The notes under the pieces were generated by a model that saw nothing but the letters and a program-made list of their open reading frames with translations, did no database searches and had not been told where the DNA came from. A stretch of DNA of 64,000 nucleotides, from the NCBI RefSeq assembly GCF_000143415.4, contig NW_003314278.1:1686362-1750361 (forward strand), in the 5' to 3' direction. The position numbers were made by a program, and so were the translations under genes. This stretch comes from Selaginella moellendorffii (taxonomy: Eukaryota > Plantae > Lycopodiophyta). Shown here one piece after another: positions 50,001 to 64,000 of the stretch. Position 1 is the first letter of the stretch. Each line of letters begins with the position of its first letter.

Positions 50001-51672
50001 TACCCACTATCCCTACTATACATTTGGAACCCCCCACAGCCCCCCCCCCCTTGAGGAACACACGCTTTGGGCTTTCACCCCAAGCCTCCCTTAGTATCAG
50101 GAGTTAGTCTCTGGGACAAGCTCGAAACTTACTAAATATGGAATGTCCCTAGATTGCGAATTTGGACATGGGACGAACACCATTGTGTTCAGGACGATCT
50201 CTACATTCCGTAGATATGCCAAATGAGCAAATCTGGACACTTTCCATAAATAGCATTTGGGACCAAAATGAGACTAACACAAAGGGCATGATAGCGAGGG
50301 TGTTTGGCAGACACGGTAAGCTATCATCTAGCGATGTTGAGGGACCAATCTCAATATCGCGGGGGTTCTTGATACTAGCAAGTGCAAGCCAATGACTCAA
50401 GTTTCTCAAACCAGGCCGAGTATGCTCAGCAAGAAACACATAGGGTTCCTACCTTATGTTTATCCAATTTAAGTGCATGGTCATTGACCAGTTTCTCAAC
50501 TAGCTCAAGTGGGAACTGATAACGGGTCCAGCAATACCGACCTCCTGCCATCGTGGCAGTAAGGTAAGAGTGTCCGTAAGGACTGGCCGACAGGTAACTT
50601 TCGATACCTGAAGTCACATTCGCGACAGCCACACACCATAAGTGGGATAATGAAAAGTCCCACTTTAACGAAATAAAGCATCACTATTTTATTTAGTTGA
50701 TTCTACATCTCTATTAATGGGATAATTAATGATCTTTTGTGATGATAGCCACAATCCTAAATTTAGAAAATACCACATATTTAAATCTAAAAGAGAACAA
50801 AAGAATAAATCATGTATATTCTTCCTTTTTGAATCATATTTCCTTCTTTTTATTTCCCTATTTTTACTTTGATAGGCATTAAAAATTCCTCTTTGAATGC
50901 TTTTCTATCCACTTTTTTTCCCTCAATTTTTCTTGCTTTTTTATTTTTTCCTCAATTTTTTTCTTTAGAGAAGGGATGAATAATATAAAATGTGGAGTTA
51001 GGACAATATAACAAATCCAAAAAAGATATTTAGCTTCAATGCAATGCAAATAAATATGATAGTGGAGTGAAGTTGAGTATAGATGTTAATTGAAAATAAG
51101 TGTAGCAAATTTAAACAAAGTCAATGCTTTTAAAAAAAAAATCTTTGAGGAGGGGATAAGAAGGATCTGGAAGATAAATGGAGTGCATTTGACCTCTTAT
51201 GTGCAATACTAGATGAGAACAAAAGTCATGAATTTGAGTTAATATAAGTCTTTGAAATTGACCAAAAAGATGTAAAATTAAGTTCTATTGGTTGTGACTC
51301 CAAGTTAATAATGATTTTTAAGAATAGTTGATGGAAAATTTAGAAATGGGATATACTATTTACTATAATAGTGTTTTATGGATTATAATGGTTACTAAAG
51401 TCCCTTGCTTTAGTTCAAAGCTATATTTTAAAAGTTGATTTGAGCAATTAATGATTGTACAAGGTTGCAATTGATTTATTGGGAATCCATAGTTGGCTGA
51501 TATTTGTTCCATAGCTTTAGGTTCTTTATCAACAACTATATTGTAAATGTTGGTGATCCTAAGGAGTTTTAGATTCTTGTGTCACTATGCCATAGCCTAG
51601 CAGAAGCTCTAAATGATGTTCCACCATAATTAACTTCTTTAAACTTTCTCATCATCTAAAGGGGGGATGGTG

Positions 51673-51712
<40 letters not shown>

Positions 51713-52665
51713 ATCTCTGTGTGTGTAAACATATATTACTCTATCTAGATAATACATTAATTTTATGAACCATATATTTGACATTCAATCAGGGTCTAAA
51801 CCCTCATTACAATAATAAGTAAATCTCCTCTATTTAATTTTATATTCTAAAAAAATTACAATATTTAAGAAATTATTATAAATTATAATAGCATGTTTGA
51901 ATGCATTAAAGTGTCAATAAATACTAATATAGTTCAATAACAATTGAGTACTTTTATCATCTGAGTCTATGAGATTAACCTTGCATTGAAGATGAAATCC
52001 CTTAGCATGTTAGCACCTAGTTGATTGAGGATGCTCAAATGTTCAGAGAAACACTAAATCCACTAGAAGTATGACATTTATGGTAGTATTTACTAGTTTG
52101 TTGTGAGCCTATTGGAATGTTGCATTAGTACTAAACAAGAACTCAGCACTAGCATAAGACACTCCCATATGAAGCAAAATGCCTATACCAATGCTTCTTA
52201 GCAATCCTTGTTAGTTTCTCTAGATAGCTTTAAGGGTTAAAATTCACAAGGTGCACTACACTTCACTCTGTCCTAGTGGCTAGCTTTAGTCAGGTACATT
52301 ATATTCTTAAAGATTAGTCTGGGATCTAGCAATTTTGTAGGTAATCCAGAGGATGGGACTGAGGAGATCTGCCATATAAGGTGTTTATTTTGTCGTGATG
52401 GACTGATAAGGAACTATCACTTAGTAGAAATTATTAGCATTAAACACTAATTACAAATGAATTAAGTTCCTCTCTAGTTGTCAGCTTTAATCCAGTGATC
52501 CTTGATTATGATGAGGTTGTTTCTGATTCTTGTAGAAAGAATCTTAGAAATTGTACACGTGATGAGATTTATGATTCAATCTGACTTGGATAATGCAGAG
52601 AGGCATCGGAGCTCCAAAACCGAGTGGTCTGGAGCTCGATCTTGGAGCTTGTGGTTTGAGTTTCT

Positions 52666-54581
<1,916 letters not shown>

Positions 54582-55008
54582 AGATCTCCTATCTTACAGC
54601 GCTAGAATGGAGCCTTTGGAGCTTTTCCCCTTCTCTAGAGACGCTGCATTGCTACGCTAAAGACTCTTGGAACCTTTCTGGCGCTCTAGAGGCGCTGCAT
54701 TGTCAATCCCAGGCTGAGATTCCTGCCCATCGCCAATCATCTGGTCGCTCTCTTGTCGAAAAGCTTGGATCTAGCAGCTTGCGAGAGGGAGACGTCGAAA
54801 TCCATTGGCTAGGGCGCTGGCGCTGGCCCTGGAGCCGACGATCGGTCGCTAGGAATCGAGGAGACAGACCTGGAAAGCATGGACGGCGCTTGCGATTCCT
54901 GTGGAGAATTCACGGGCACTGGGTCGTTAGTTAGGGCAATGGGAATCGAAAAATAGGGCTAGCGGGGATTAGGGCTTTAGGAAATCTTTGCTCGATTCGG
55001 GGCGCGCA

Positions 55009-57431
55009 ATGCAGCGCAAGCTCGGCTATAGGCCGGCATTGCTGTGGAATCCAGCAGTGTACGAGTACCTTAGAGAGGCTTATGGCGCGGATCACTTCTC
55101 TCGAATCTGTGACGCGCTCACGTAAGTTTTGGAAGGATAGATTTGATTCCTATAGAATGCTTGGGCATTTTGCTGCCTTGTTTTGCAAATTTCGTGATGC
55201 TCTCTAGTGGTTTCTAATTTTCTAGTTTCTTGCCTTGGAAGTTCTCTGGTTCTCGAGAGTTTTGAGAAACTTAGTTTTTTTTGCTTTGAAAGTTCTCTGG
55301 TTTTCGAGAGTTTTGAGAGACTTTACTTGGTTTTTCTTGCCTTGAAAGTTTTCTAGTTTTGAAAACCTTTTACTGACGTTTTGTTTCAACGCAGTCGGCC
55401 TTCTACGTACTGCTGTGTTCGCGCCAATGCGATGCAAACAAGTACTGCCGCCGTTATCGCGGAGCTCAAGGAATTCTTATCGAGCAAGGAAGCGGAAGGA
55501 ACGACTTGCTACGAGCATCCCTTGCTTAAAAATGTGGTGATTGTGCCTGGCCGTGGTCCTTGCGACGTGAGCTATGACGACGAGGTACAAAAGATCGTAA
55601 TGGTTAGTAGAAAGTGTGCGGAAGCTGTGCTCCGTGGTGCCGAGGTAAGAGTTTTTTTGTTCCGCGTTTCTCTCTTATAGTCTTTAACGACAGCGTGAAA
55701 GGTTTTTGTTCCAGGTGTTTTAGCTTGTAGCGAGCATGTCGATGAAGGTGACTCGGTAGCAGTTTTTGCGAGGATTGAAGTCAAGGATAGCGCGGGGAAA
55801 TGGTCGAATGGGGTTACTCGAGGGACGACTATACCTCTGAGCGATTGGGAATCATGTAAAGTATTTTCCACTCTGATATAGTTTTTTGACTTATTCTTCC
55901 GGGTTTGCAGCTCTTGGAGGCAGTCCATATGACTGGTTTATCGGGAAAGGCCGCGCGATGATGTCCCGGCCTACGTTGTTCAGGGAAAGGCAAGGCATTG
56001 CAGTTAAAATGACAGATCGGATTTACAACCTTCCTGCCTTTCATGGTAATATAAACAGCCTTTCTGCTCTTGGCTTTACGCTTGTGTCTCAGGAATACTT
56101 GAAGGAGGGGTGTTCTTACAAAATCTACCGAGCATTGTCACGGCCATTGTCCTCGGTATGTTAGATTTCTCACGATCAATCGATGAAAAAATAAAACTAA
56201 GGTTTGTCCAGATCCACAGCCCGGAGAGAGGATATTGGATATGTGTGCTGCCCCGGGTGGTAAAACGACTGCTATTGCCTCTCTGATGAACAATACTGGA
56301 GAAGTGATCGCTTTGGATCGGACACATAACAAGGTGAGAAAATACCATTTATTTGTCGATTTTCTGACTTGTCCGACCAGGTCCTGGAAATTTTAAGCCT
56401 TGCGAAGGAACTTGGATTGTCCTGCATTCAGGCTTTCAAATTAGACGCTTTGAAATCTGTCCAGGTGGATTCCGATGCGCAATCTTCGCTAGCGCTGACA
56501 CAGCCTTTAGAGAAAGGTCTGACGTGCAATTATGCCTGTGTTTTTTTTTGCAAATATCTCTCACTTTGGCCGTGCAGAAATCCAGTGCTTTATGGCAACT
56601 CTGGGTGATCCCCCTGAGACTGAAGTTCCACCGACTAGTCAATATACAAGTAAAGCTCGTGAAAGAAAAGAATCCCGGAGACTGAAGAACGGCCGTGGAA
56701 GAGGACAGCATTTAGGAGGCAGAGTGGACATGATAAAAAGCTTTCCTCCAAACTCGTTTGACAGAGTTTTACTCGATGCACCATGCTCGGCATTAGGATT
56801 GAGGCCACGTCTTTTTGCTGCCGAGGTGACGTACTTATCGTTTTTTCCTGGGATTAAACTGTTATCGTTTTCTTACAGGAAACGTTAGAATCTCTGGGAC
56901 GACATGCGATTTACCAGCGTCGGCTGTTTGACAGAGCCGTGGAACTTGTGAAAGCGGGCGGAACGTTAGTGTATTCCACGTAAGTCGTGCAGTGTGTTGT
57001 GTGTAAACTGATGTTTCGTGGAGGACTTTGTGCAGGTGCACCATTAATCCTGGCGAGAATGAAGCTTTGGTGCGTTATGCACTAGACAAGTATAAGTTTT
57101 TGGTGCTTGTGGATCAGGTAAAAGTTAGTTCTTTTCTGATCAGATTAGACAGTCAAACAGTTAATTGCGCCAGGTGCCAAAAATTGGAGGCCCGGGGCTT
57201 GTCGGAGGAACGAGTGTCTATGATGGTCGTGGCTACAGGTACAATGATCTTTTTACTTTTAAGAGCAGGCAAAAGTTACTGCTTTTGAACTACAGGGAAT
57301 GGCTCAAGGAAGGAGAGCAATATCTAGTGCAAAGATTTGATCCGTCCAGTCCAGTCGATACAATCGGATTCTTCATTGCAAAGTTCCAGGTGCCGGCAAC
57401 GAAGAGCGCAAACGTCTCAGGCAACTGTTAA
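55009..57431 (+). CDS. NOL1/NOP2/Sun RNA m5C methyltransferase with PUA domain (NSUN6-like)
   Basis: SRKCAEAVLRGA-VFVPGV (PUA); LQNLPS; ILDMCAAPGGKT; FDRVLLDAPCSALG; LVYSTCTINPGENE; DTIGFFIAKF. Confidence 0.92.
55200..55370. repeat. ~3 imperfect ~48-bp tandem repeats in intron 1 of the NSUN6-like gene
   Basis: Repeated GCCTTG(G/A)AAGTTCTCTGGTT(C/T)TCGAGAGTTTTGAGA. Confidence 0.7.
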
Positions 57432-58318
57432 GTCATCGTTGAAGTAGATGTGGACGACCGGGATGTAAAAGTACGATGCTAGGCCCAGGGACACAAACAG
57501 GTCGGCCTCGTCGGCTATCCCGTTCTCGGTGAGTGTCTTCTCCATGCTCAAGTCGACAAACTCTTTCTTGTCATTTACACACATTGCTTTCCAGGTGTAG
57601 CTGTTGGCGTGCGCGTTGTACGCGAGATAACGCTCGAGGATGTGCTGCACATTCTCCTCGGACGGCACCTAGTTGAAGAAAATCAGGCGAGAAAAAGGAA
57701 CAAACTTTGCCAACTTAAAAGCTTACCTCGAGAAGGATCTCGTGGTCGATGAGAACGTTCTTGATCCTCACCATCCGGGTCTTCCTGCTCAGCTTCCCGA
57801 TGATATACTCGGGATCGTTCCACCAGTCGAAGGGGTAGCCGCTGTTCCAGTCCGTCCGGGGTCCCGTCGGTGGGATGTGAACGAATCGCCCCTGCGAGCA
57901 GTGACACCAACAGATCCTCGGCGAGAGCTCTGGCAAGCAAAACTTATCATCACCTGTGGAACGTCGAAGGTCTCGACGTTGGAGACTGGATCCCGGTAGA
58001 GCTTGACGCTGCCAGTCTTGGCATCAAACCAGTGGCTTATGTCACCGCCGGCTTCGTAGACGAGCAACTGCGCACACACTTGACGAGAAGGCCAAGCCAA
58101 AGCTTAGATCGCGACGATGGAAGCCAAAAAATCGCATTTTGGAAGAGACAATAGGATAGACAATAGGATACCTTGCCAAGGACGCCGGGGTTCTTTGGGA
58201 TGAGCTTGGTAACGTCATAGACGGTTCCCAGGGACGTGACCCAGCAATCGCCAAGCGTGCAGTGCTCTTTCACCTCATTGGCCGTGTACCATCGGCTACT
58301 TCGGCGTGGACAGGCCAT
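57417..58318 (-). CDS. CYB5D1: Cytochrome b5 domain-containing protein 1 (ciliary radial-spoke associated)
   Basis: YTANEVKEHCTLGDCWV..VYDVT; AGGDISHWFD; GRFVHIPP..WW..IGKLS.KTR; RYLAYNAHANSYTWK; YFNDDLTVA*. Confidence 0.88.
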
Positions 58319-58832
58319 TCTTTCTAATCTCCCCCCACCTTTTCCCCGTTTGGATTTGGAAAGCCACGCAAACCCTAACCCCTGGTGACGTCAGCCCTAG
58401 GTTCAAGCGATAGCGTTATCGGCTCGGTCAAATCCTTGACAAAGAAATCGATCGTGATGATACGCCGATGTGGATCACTGGGATTTGGATTTGTATCGTG
58501 GAAAGGTCGCCCATTTAGGCAAATCAACCCACAGAGAAAAATAAGGGGCACACATTATACTCGCACACGAACTATTCCCGGAATATTCTGCCACGTGTTA
58601 CTGGTATATGCCCGACACTTAACCCTCGATGGCGAGTTTCCTCTCTTTCTCTCTCTCTCTCTCCCGTGTTGTTTTTGTGTGCTTGGCTGCTAGAGTCTTT
58701 GGGGAGACGAAGAGGTAGGGTTTTAATCCTGATTCCATAGCTCGCGCTGGTGCCGCGGTCTTCATTGTGGATTTCTTGCGATCCGGGTAGAATCGTGGTA
58801 GTGTAGTACGAATTTCTAGCTTAGGATTGCCC

Positions 58833-60458
58833 ATGGTGGGGCAAATAGAGCAAGTGGCTATGTCGGATGTTGCAATTGAGCACAACATAGCCTCGAAATT
58901 GGGTGGAAAAGGGGGAGGAGGATGCTGCTGTTGCTGCTGTGGCGATGGCAATAGGAATTCCCCTTGCAAAACTTCCAGGCCGACCGCGGTGGCATCAGCG
59001 CCACGGATCATTCCAGACGAGAAATCTCGGCAAGTGAGCGAGGCCTCGACGTCGTCATCAAACCTGGACCAATTTCTACACCACACAACGCCCAAAGTAC
59101 AACTGCAATGTCTGCCAAAGGTTTGGTGTGGCATTGGCATTTTGTTCTAGCGATGAGCTAACGAGGATTTGGTTCTCTTTTCTTTTTTATGGTTCTTCTC
59201 TCTCTCTTTTTTTGTTCTTCTCTCTTGCAGACTTGTCTTTGGGACAGCAGTGTCAAGAGATGGAGGCCGGCCAATGTGGAATCCATCCCTTTTTTCACCC
59301 TGGGAGATTTGTGGGATAGTTTTGACGAGTGGAGCGCCTATGGAGCTGGAGTTCCTCTGGTGCTAAACGGGAAGGAGGAAGTGGTGCAGTACTACGTACC
59401 ATACCTTTCTGCGCTTCAACTCTACACAAGGACGGGTTTGAGGCGTTGCTTGAACTCGAGGTAAGTCGTTTCTCGCGTTTCTTTGCTTTCGCCAGCTTCT
59501 TGTTCTAAGCGGCTTTTGTGTTCTTGTAGCAGGAAGTTTTGCCATGACTCTAGTGATGCTAGCGAGAGCAGTGACTACCGTGACTCAAACAGTGATGTGA
59601 GCAGCGACAATGACAGTGAATCCAGTGTGGAGGGGATCGGTCCCATCCGGACGTCCTTCTGGAAGAAGTGCCAGACCACGGGATTCTGCCGCGGACGTAG
59701 CAACGCAACGCTGAGTGCCTTGCATGAAGTGTTGAGCGATGACGATGACGAAGAAGTAGACAACTGGGAGCGCAAGGAGGCCGATCATCTCCTCCTCAGT
59801 TACCTCGAGGACTCAGCGCCTTACAGCCGCGTTCCTCTGATTGGCAAGGTATGGCTTTGAAACTTTTTCAAGTTCTTCATGTTTTTCTCGTGCTTTTCAG
59901 ATTAGCGAGCTCGAACGGAGTTTTCCGGATATCAGGACGCTCCGTAGCTACGAGCTCTTGCCGACAAGCTGGTTCTCGATAGCTTGGTATGTCCACAAGC
60001 TTGTTCGTTTGTTCGCCCTGAGCGCAAAGCTTTCACTCCCAGGTATCCCATCTATCGCATTCCAACGGGGCCAACTCTCAAAGACCTGGGAACTTGCTTT
60101 CTAACTTTCCACTCGCTTTCCACTCCTTTACAAGGTAATGGCTGTGGTGCTACAGAAAGTTTCTGAAGATGCCAATGGATCAGAGATTTCAGATGCTCCC
60201 GAGCCTCCTCTGGGATCCGCGAGGCTCGACTTGGTCGATGGTTCCATCCGGCCAGAGGATGGCTTGAAAAGGCTGGTTTTGCAGTCGTTTGGACTGGGAT
60301 CTTACAAGCTCAGGGGAGCGTTTTGGACGTCGGCTGGAAACCCCGAGAAGCTCCTGGCATCCAACTTGGAGGGCCATGCGGACTCGTGGCTCAAGGGACT
60401 CCGTGTCCGCCACCCCGACTTCGAGTTCTTTGCCTCGCGGAGTCCAAACCGGCGCTGA
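58833..60458 (+). CDS. DUF789 family plant protein
   Basis: [12 protein letters not shown]; [37 protein letters not shown]; [29 protein letters not shown]; HPDFEFF. Confidence 0.92.
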
Positions 60459-61749
60459 AAGGATGAGTGATCCCAGGTAATTTTGATGTTTTTCGTCAGC
60501 TCTTCGTCAGTGGAAGCAAAAGCCAAAAAAAAAAAGGAGAAAAAGAACCAACACCCGAAATTAAAAAGGAAGAAAAGAGCTACTAAAGTTTGGTGAATCG
60601 AGAAAAAAAAATAGAAAACGAGAGAGGATCGTCACAGGCGTGATCGAAGCGATTCGATCAAAGCTACAAGGAGGTCACCACCAAAGCAAATCGAGATCAT
60701 CTTAAAGCTATGAGAAGATGATGATCGCAAACGACGAAGCAAAGGATTTGATCCTCCGAGCGTCACCATTGGATGAGCCCAAAAGGAAAAAAACGAAGGA
60801 GGAGAAAAATTCTAGCTTGCTTTGATCACCAAAACCTCATGTTGCGTGATTACGTGGAATGTCACGGTCGAGCCTCGATCTCTTTTTGACGAGTGCACGT
60901 CTAAAGAGGCAAACGTGGCGACGACTAAGGGCATATCCGCTTGGAATATGCCTAGGGTTTATAGGGGGATTTATCGGTTTTGAATTTCAGAGGGAGAGAA
61001 AGAAGAGAGGAGAGCGATTGTTAGGTCGTGGCGAAGGCGCTGTGAAGCTGCTCGCGCGCGACGAGGAGGACGACGACGGAGTAGTTTACCCTAATATCTT
61101 GGAGAATGAGGGGCGCTGGATCCGTGAGAGCGCCATGGCTATGGTCGTCGCCGCGCGACGGATCAACAAAGGCTGCCGCCAACGCGCTCTGAGGTATGGC
61201 CGGACGAAAATGCAGTTCCCCCATTCCTCGCCGCCGCCCCTTGCTTTGTTTTCTTGTGGCTTGGCCCTTTGCCCGTCCAAAGTCCCAGAAGGAATAGTGG
61301 CGCTCCTCCCCATTTTGGTTTGGAGAGATTTTTAGCAGTCTAGCGTCCTTGTTAGGGAGTCGGGCCCTTTTTTTCTTTTCTTCCTTTGCGGAGTTCCTTC
61401 CTCTTTTTCGTTGTTGCCTTGGGCATAAATTTGCCTTCGTTCGTCCGGCACCTCGCTCATGCGGTCCATGTGTTCACGCTGTTTGGGTTCCACTTGCTCA
61501 CACGAAAGCCTTTTCATGGAACTTTCATGAATGCCTTGTCGGCACGTTGCCATTCCGGTTGACTTTGATGCTTGCAAGTTCGTGTCAAAGAGCGCGCAAT
61601 TGCTGGAGGAGGTTGCTTACTCGTTCTAGAAGTTGGGATCTCTGACTTGTTATTTTGCTTTGAAGCGGCCCGTGCCCCTTTCCTCTCTCCTTTTAAGGCT
61701 TTTCGTTGACAGTAAAGAGGAGGAAGTTTTGCTTGTAGGAGGCCGAGTT

Positions 61750-63766
61750 ATGGGGCCGGATTTCCTTGTGCACGTATGGAAGAGTGCGAGGAAATGCTGG
61801 AGTGGAAGATCTAAGCGCGGTGGGGATGCGGAGGATCTACTGGCGATTGCTGATGGAGACGAGCATGAAGTCCACTGCAACAATCCGCCTCTCAATGCCC
61901 CTTTCAGGTATGAATGGCGATCTTAGCTCTTGTTTCGCTGTAAGTTTCTTTATCCTTTTCACTCCAGGTATCCAGACAATAGAACCTGGACTACAAAGTA
62001 TACATGGTACAGTTTCGTACCGAGATCTTTGTTTGAGCAGTATCGGCGAGCAGCTTATTGGTACTTCACGGCTATGGCGGGGCTGTCGCTAACGCCCTTC
62101 AGTCCATACCGACCAGTCAGCGTTATTTTGCCCCTTCTCTTCGTCATTGCCCTCGGCATGGCGAGAGAGCTCTGGGAGGATGTTCGTCGAGCACGAGGGG
62201 ATCGTGAGATTAATTCCAGGCCCGTGACATGTTGCACGAGAGGCACGGCACAAGTGAAGCTGTGGAGGGAGCTTCTGGTCGGAGATGTGGTCAAAGTCAA
62301 GGACAAGGAGTTCTTCCCCGCAGATCTACTGCTTCTGCAATCCAGCAATTCCGATGGAGTGTGCTACGTTGAGACGAAGAACCTCGACGGGGAGACTAAC
62401 TTAAAGGTGACGTCTGGCTTATTCCTTGAGTGAACAAGAGTAATCTCGTTTCTGTGGTTTGATAGGCAGGTCCGACAAGCGTCGCAAAGTACATGTCATT
62501 TGGTTAGCGATGAAAGCTTCAAGGACTTTGATGCGGTTCTGAAGTGCGAGCCTCCCAACGCCTCGCTTTATACGTTCAGCGGCAGGCTGGAGTTTCCGAA
62601 TGGCCAGGTTTCTCCCATGGGACCGCCGCAGGTGCTTCTCAGGGACTCCTGCCTCCAAAACACGGATTACGTATACGGGGTGGTGATTTACGCGGGACGG
62701 GACACGAAAGTCATGAGAAACGCCATCAATCCACCGTCGAAACGCAGCCGCATGGACCAGAAGCTGGATCACATCATGTGGGTTATGTTTGGGATACTCT
62801 TCGTCATGAGCTTGGCAACGGGTCTAGCAGGTGGCCTCTTGACGAGGTTCCGACTGTCGAGGCTGTTCTACTTCAGGCCTTTCGAGGACAATCCTTATTA
62901 CAATCCCAGGAGAGCAGCCATCGCTGGTATCATCGCGTTTGTAAACGGCCTGGTGTTATATGGCTACCTTATCCCGATCTCTCTCTACGTCACGCTGGAG
63001 ATTGTCCGAGTGATCCAAGCCTTGTTTATTGGCCAGGACCTGGGCATGTACGACGAGGAGACTGACCGGCCTGCGAAAGTGAAGTCTTCCGGGTTGAACG
63101 AAGAACTTGGACAAGTGGATACCATCCTGTCCGACAAGACTGGAACGCTCACTGCCAACCAGATGGATTTTTGCAAGTGTACCATCGATGGGACTTCATA
63201 TGGGACGGGATCTACAGACGTTGAAAGAGCGTCCAAGAGGCTGGGAATACCTTTCCTGGAGGCCCACGCCGAGGATGCTGACACCAGTGATCCGGTTGTG
63301 AAGGGGTTCAACTTCCAGGACGACCGGTTGATGGATGGGAAGTGGCTGAAACAGGAGAATGCCGACAGGATTAAGCTTTTCTTCCAGACGCTCGCTCTCT
63401 GCCACACAGCGCTACCCGAGGGTGATATTGCGGATCCAAAATCTATCCAGTATCGCGCTGAGTCTCCCGATGAGACTGCTCTTGTGGTGGCGGCCCAGCA
63501 GTTTGGATATGTTTTCTACAAGAAGACCCCGACTACTCTATATGTGAGGGAGATAACTGGAACCAAAGGAGAAACTGCTGATAATGCTTACGAGCTTCTA
63601 AATGTGCTGGAGTTCAGCAGCGCCCGGAAACGCATGTCGGTGATCGTGCGCCTTCCAGGAGGTAACATCGTGCTTCTATCGAAAGGTGCTGATTCCGTGA
63701 TGCTCGACCGTTTGGATCGCCATGACGAAGAACATATATCCATAACACTGGACCACTTGCGAACTT
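61750..63766 (+). CDS. P4-type ATPase phospholipid flippase (ALA family), truncated by assembly gap
   Basis: YVETKNLDGETNLK; LIPISLYV; LNEELGQVDTILSDKTGTLT; ESPDE; EFSSARKRMSV; KGADSV. Confidence 0.94.
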
Positions 63767-63999
63767 NNNNNNNNNNNNNNNNNNNNNNNNNNNNNNNNNN
63801 NNNNNNNNNNNNNNNNNNNNNNNNNNNNNNNNNNNNNNNNNNNNNNNNNNNNNNNNNNNNNNNNNNNNNNNNNNNNNNNNNNNNNNNNNNNNNNNNNNNN
63901 NNNNNNNNNNNNNNNNNNNNNNNNNNNNNNNNNNNNNNNNNNNNNNNNNNNNNNNNNNNNNNNNNNNNNNNNNNNNNNNNNNNNNNNNNNNNNNNNNNN
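63767..63999. other. Assembly gap
   Basis: Run of N. Confidence 1.
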
Positions 64000-64000
64000 C

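Larger units (their letters stand above)
35828..50627 (-). mobile_element. Non-autonomous Ty1/copia-derived LTR element (LARD-like)
   Basis: LTRs 35828-36971 and 49495-50627 (TG..CA); GCCAC TSD; PBS TGGTATCAGAG next to 49495; PPT 36972-36984; ~5 kb of own internal sequence with no long ORF and decayed copia motifs. Confidence 0.92.
35589..50681. mobile_element. ~290-bp MITE split by the LTR element (35589-35827 plus 50633-50681)
   Basis: ~31-bp TIRs ATGCTTTATTTCGTTAAAGTGGGACTT(A)TTCA / TGAA(A)AGTCCCACTTTAACGAAATAAAGCAT, with CACT flanking both ends. Confidence 0.8.

Noticed and set aside
60859-61335. 158-aa ORF upstream of the P4-ATPase
   Set aside because: No recognisable domain; probably promoter, 5' UTR or intron sequence

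Overview
Eukaryotic plant genomic DNA with compact genes and ~50-70 nt introns. A ciliary CYB5D1 gene and an Hsp33 gene point to a seed-free land plant, most likely the lycophyte Selaginella (inference). Gene islands: PRMT3 3' end and UBC27 (0-1.5 kb); Hsp33, TROL/STR4, VEFS-box EMF2-like, ABCC/MRP, a damaged NAD kinase, an EF-hand EEP protein and a UGT fragment (16.5-32.8 kb); CDPK, NSUN6-like, CYB5D1, DUF789 and a P4-ATPase (52.7-63.8 kb). They are separated by two transposon clusters. The 3-15 kb cluster is old and contains several 5S-rRNA-bearing Cassandra-like LTRs. The 35.6-50.7 kb cluster is a three-tier nest: a MITE, interrupted by a young non-coding copia-derived LTR element, which is interrupted by an intact chromodomain Ty3/gypsy element. 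Top finding: the gypsy integrase is split by two short canonical GT-AG introns (47 and 52 nt). Removing them restores HPQTDGQTER and KLTQRFAGPY and gives one 1557-aa Gag-Pol-chromodomain ORF. Second finding: the outer element's LTRs are more similar to each other than the inner element's, and both share an ~80-bp promoter module, suggesting a co-mobilised composite. All alignments and counts were done by eye.
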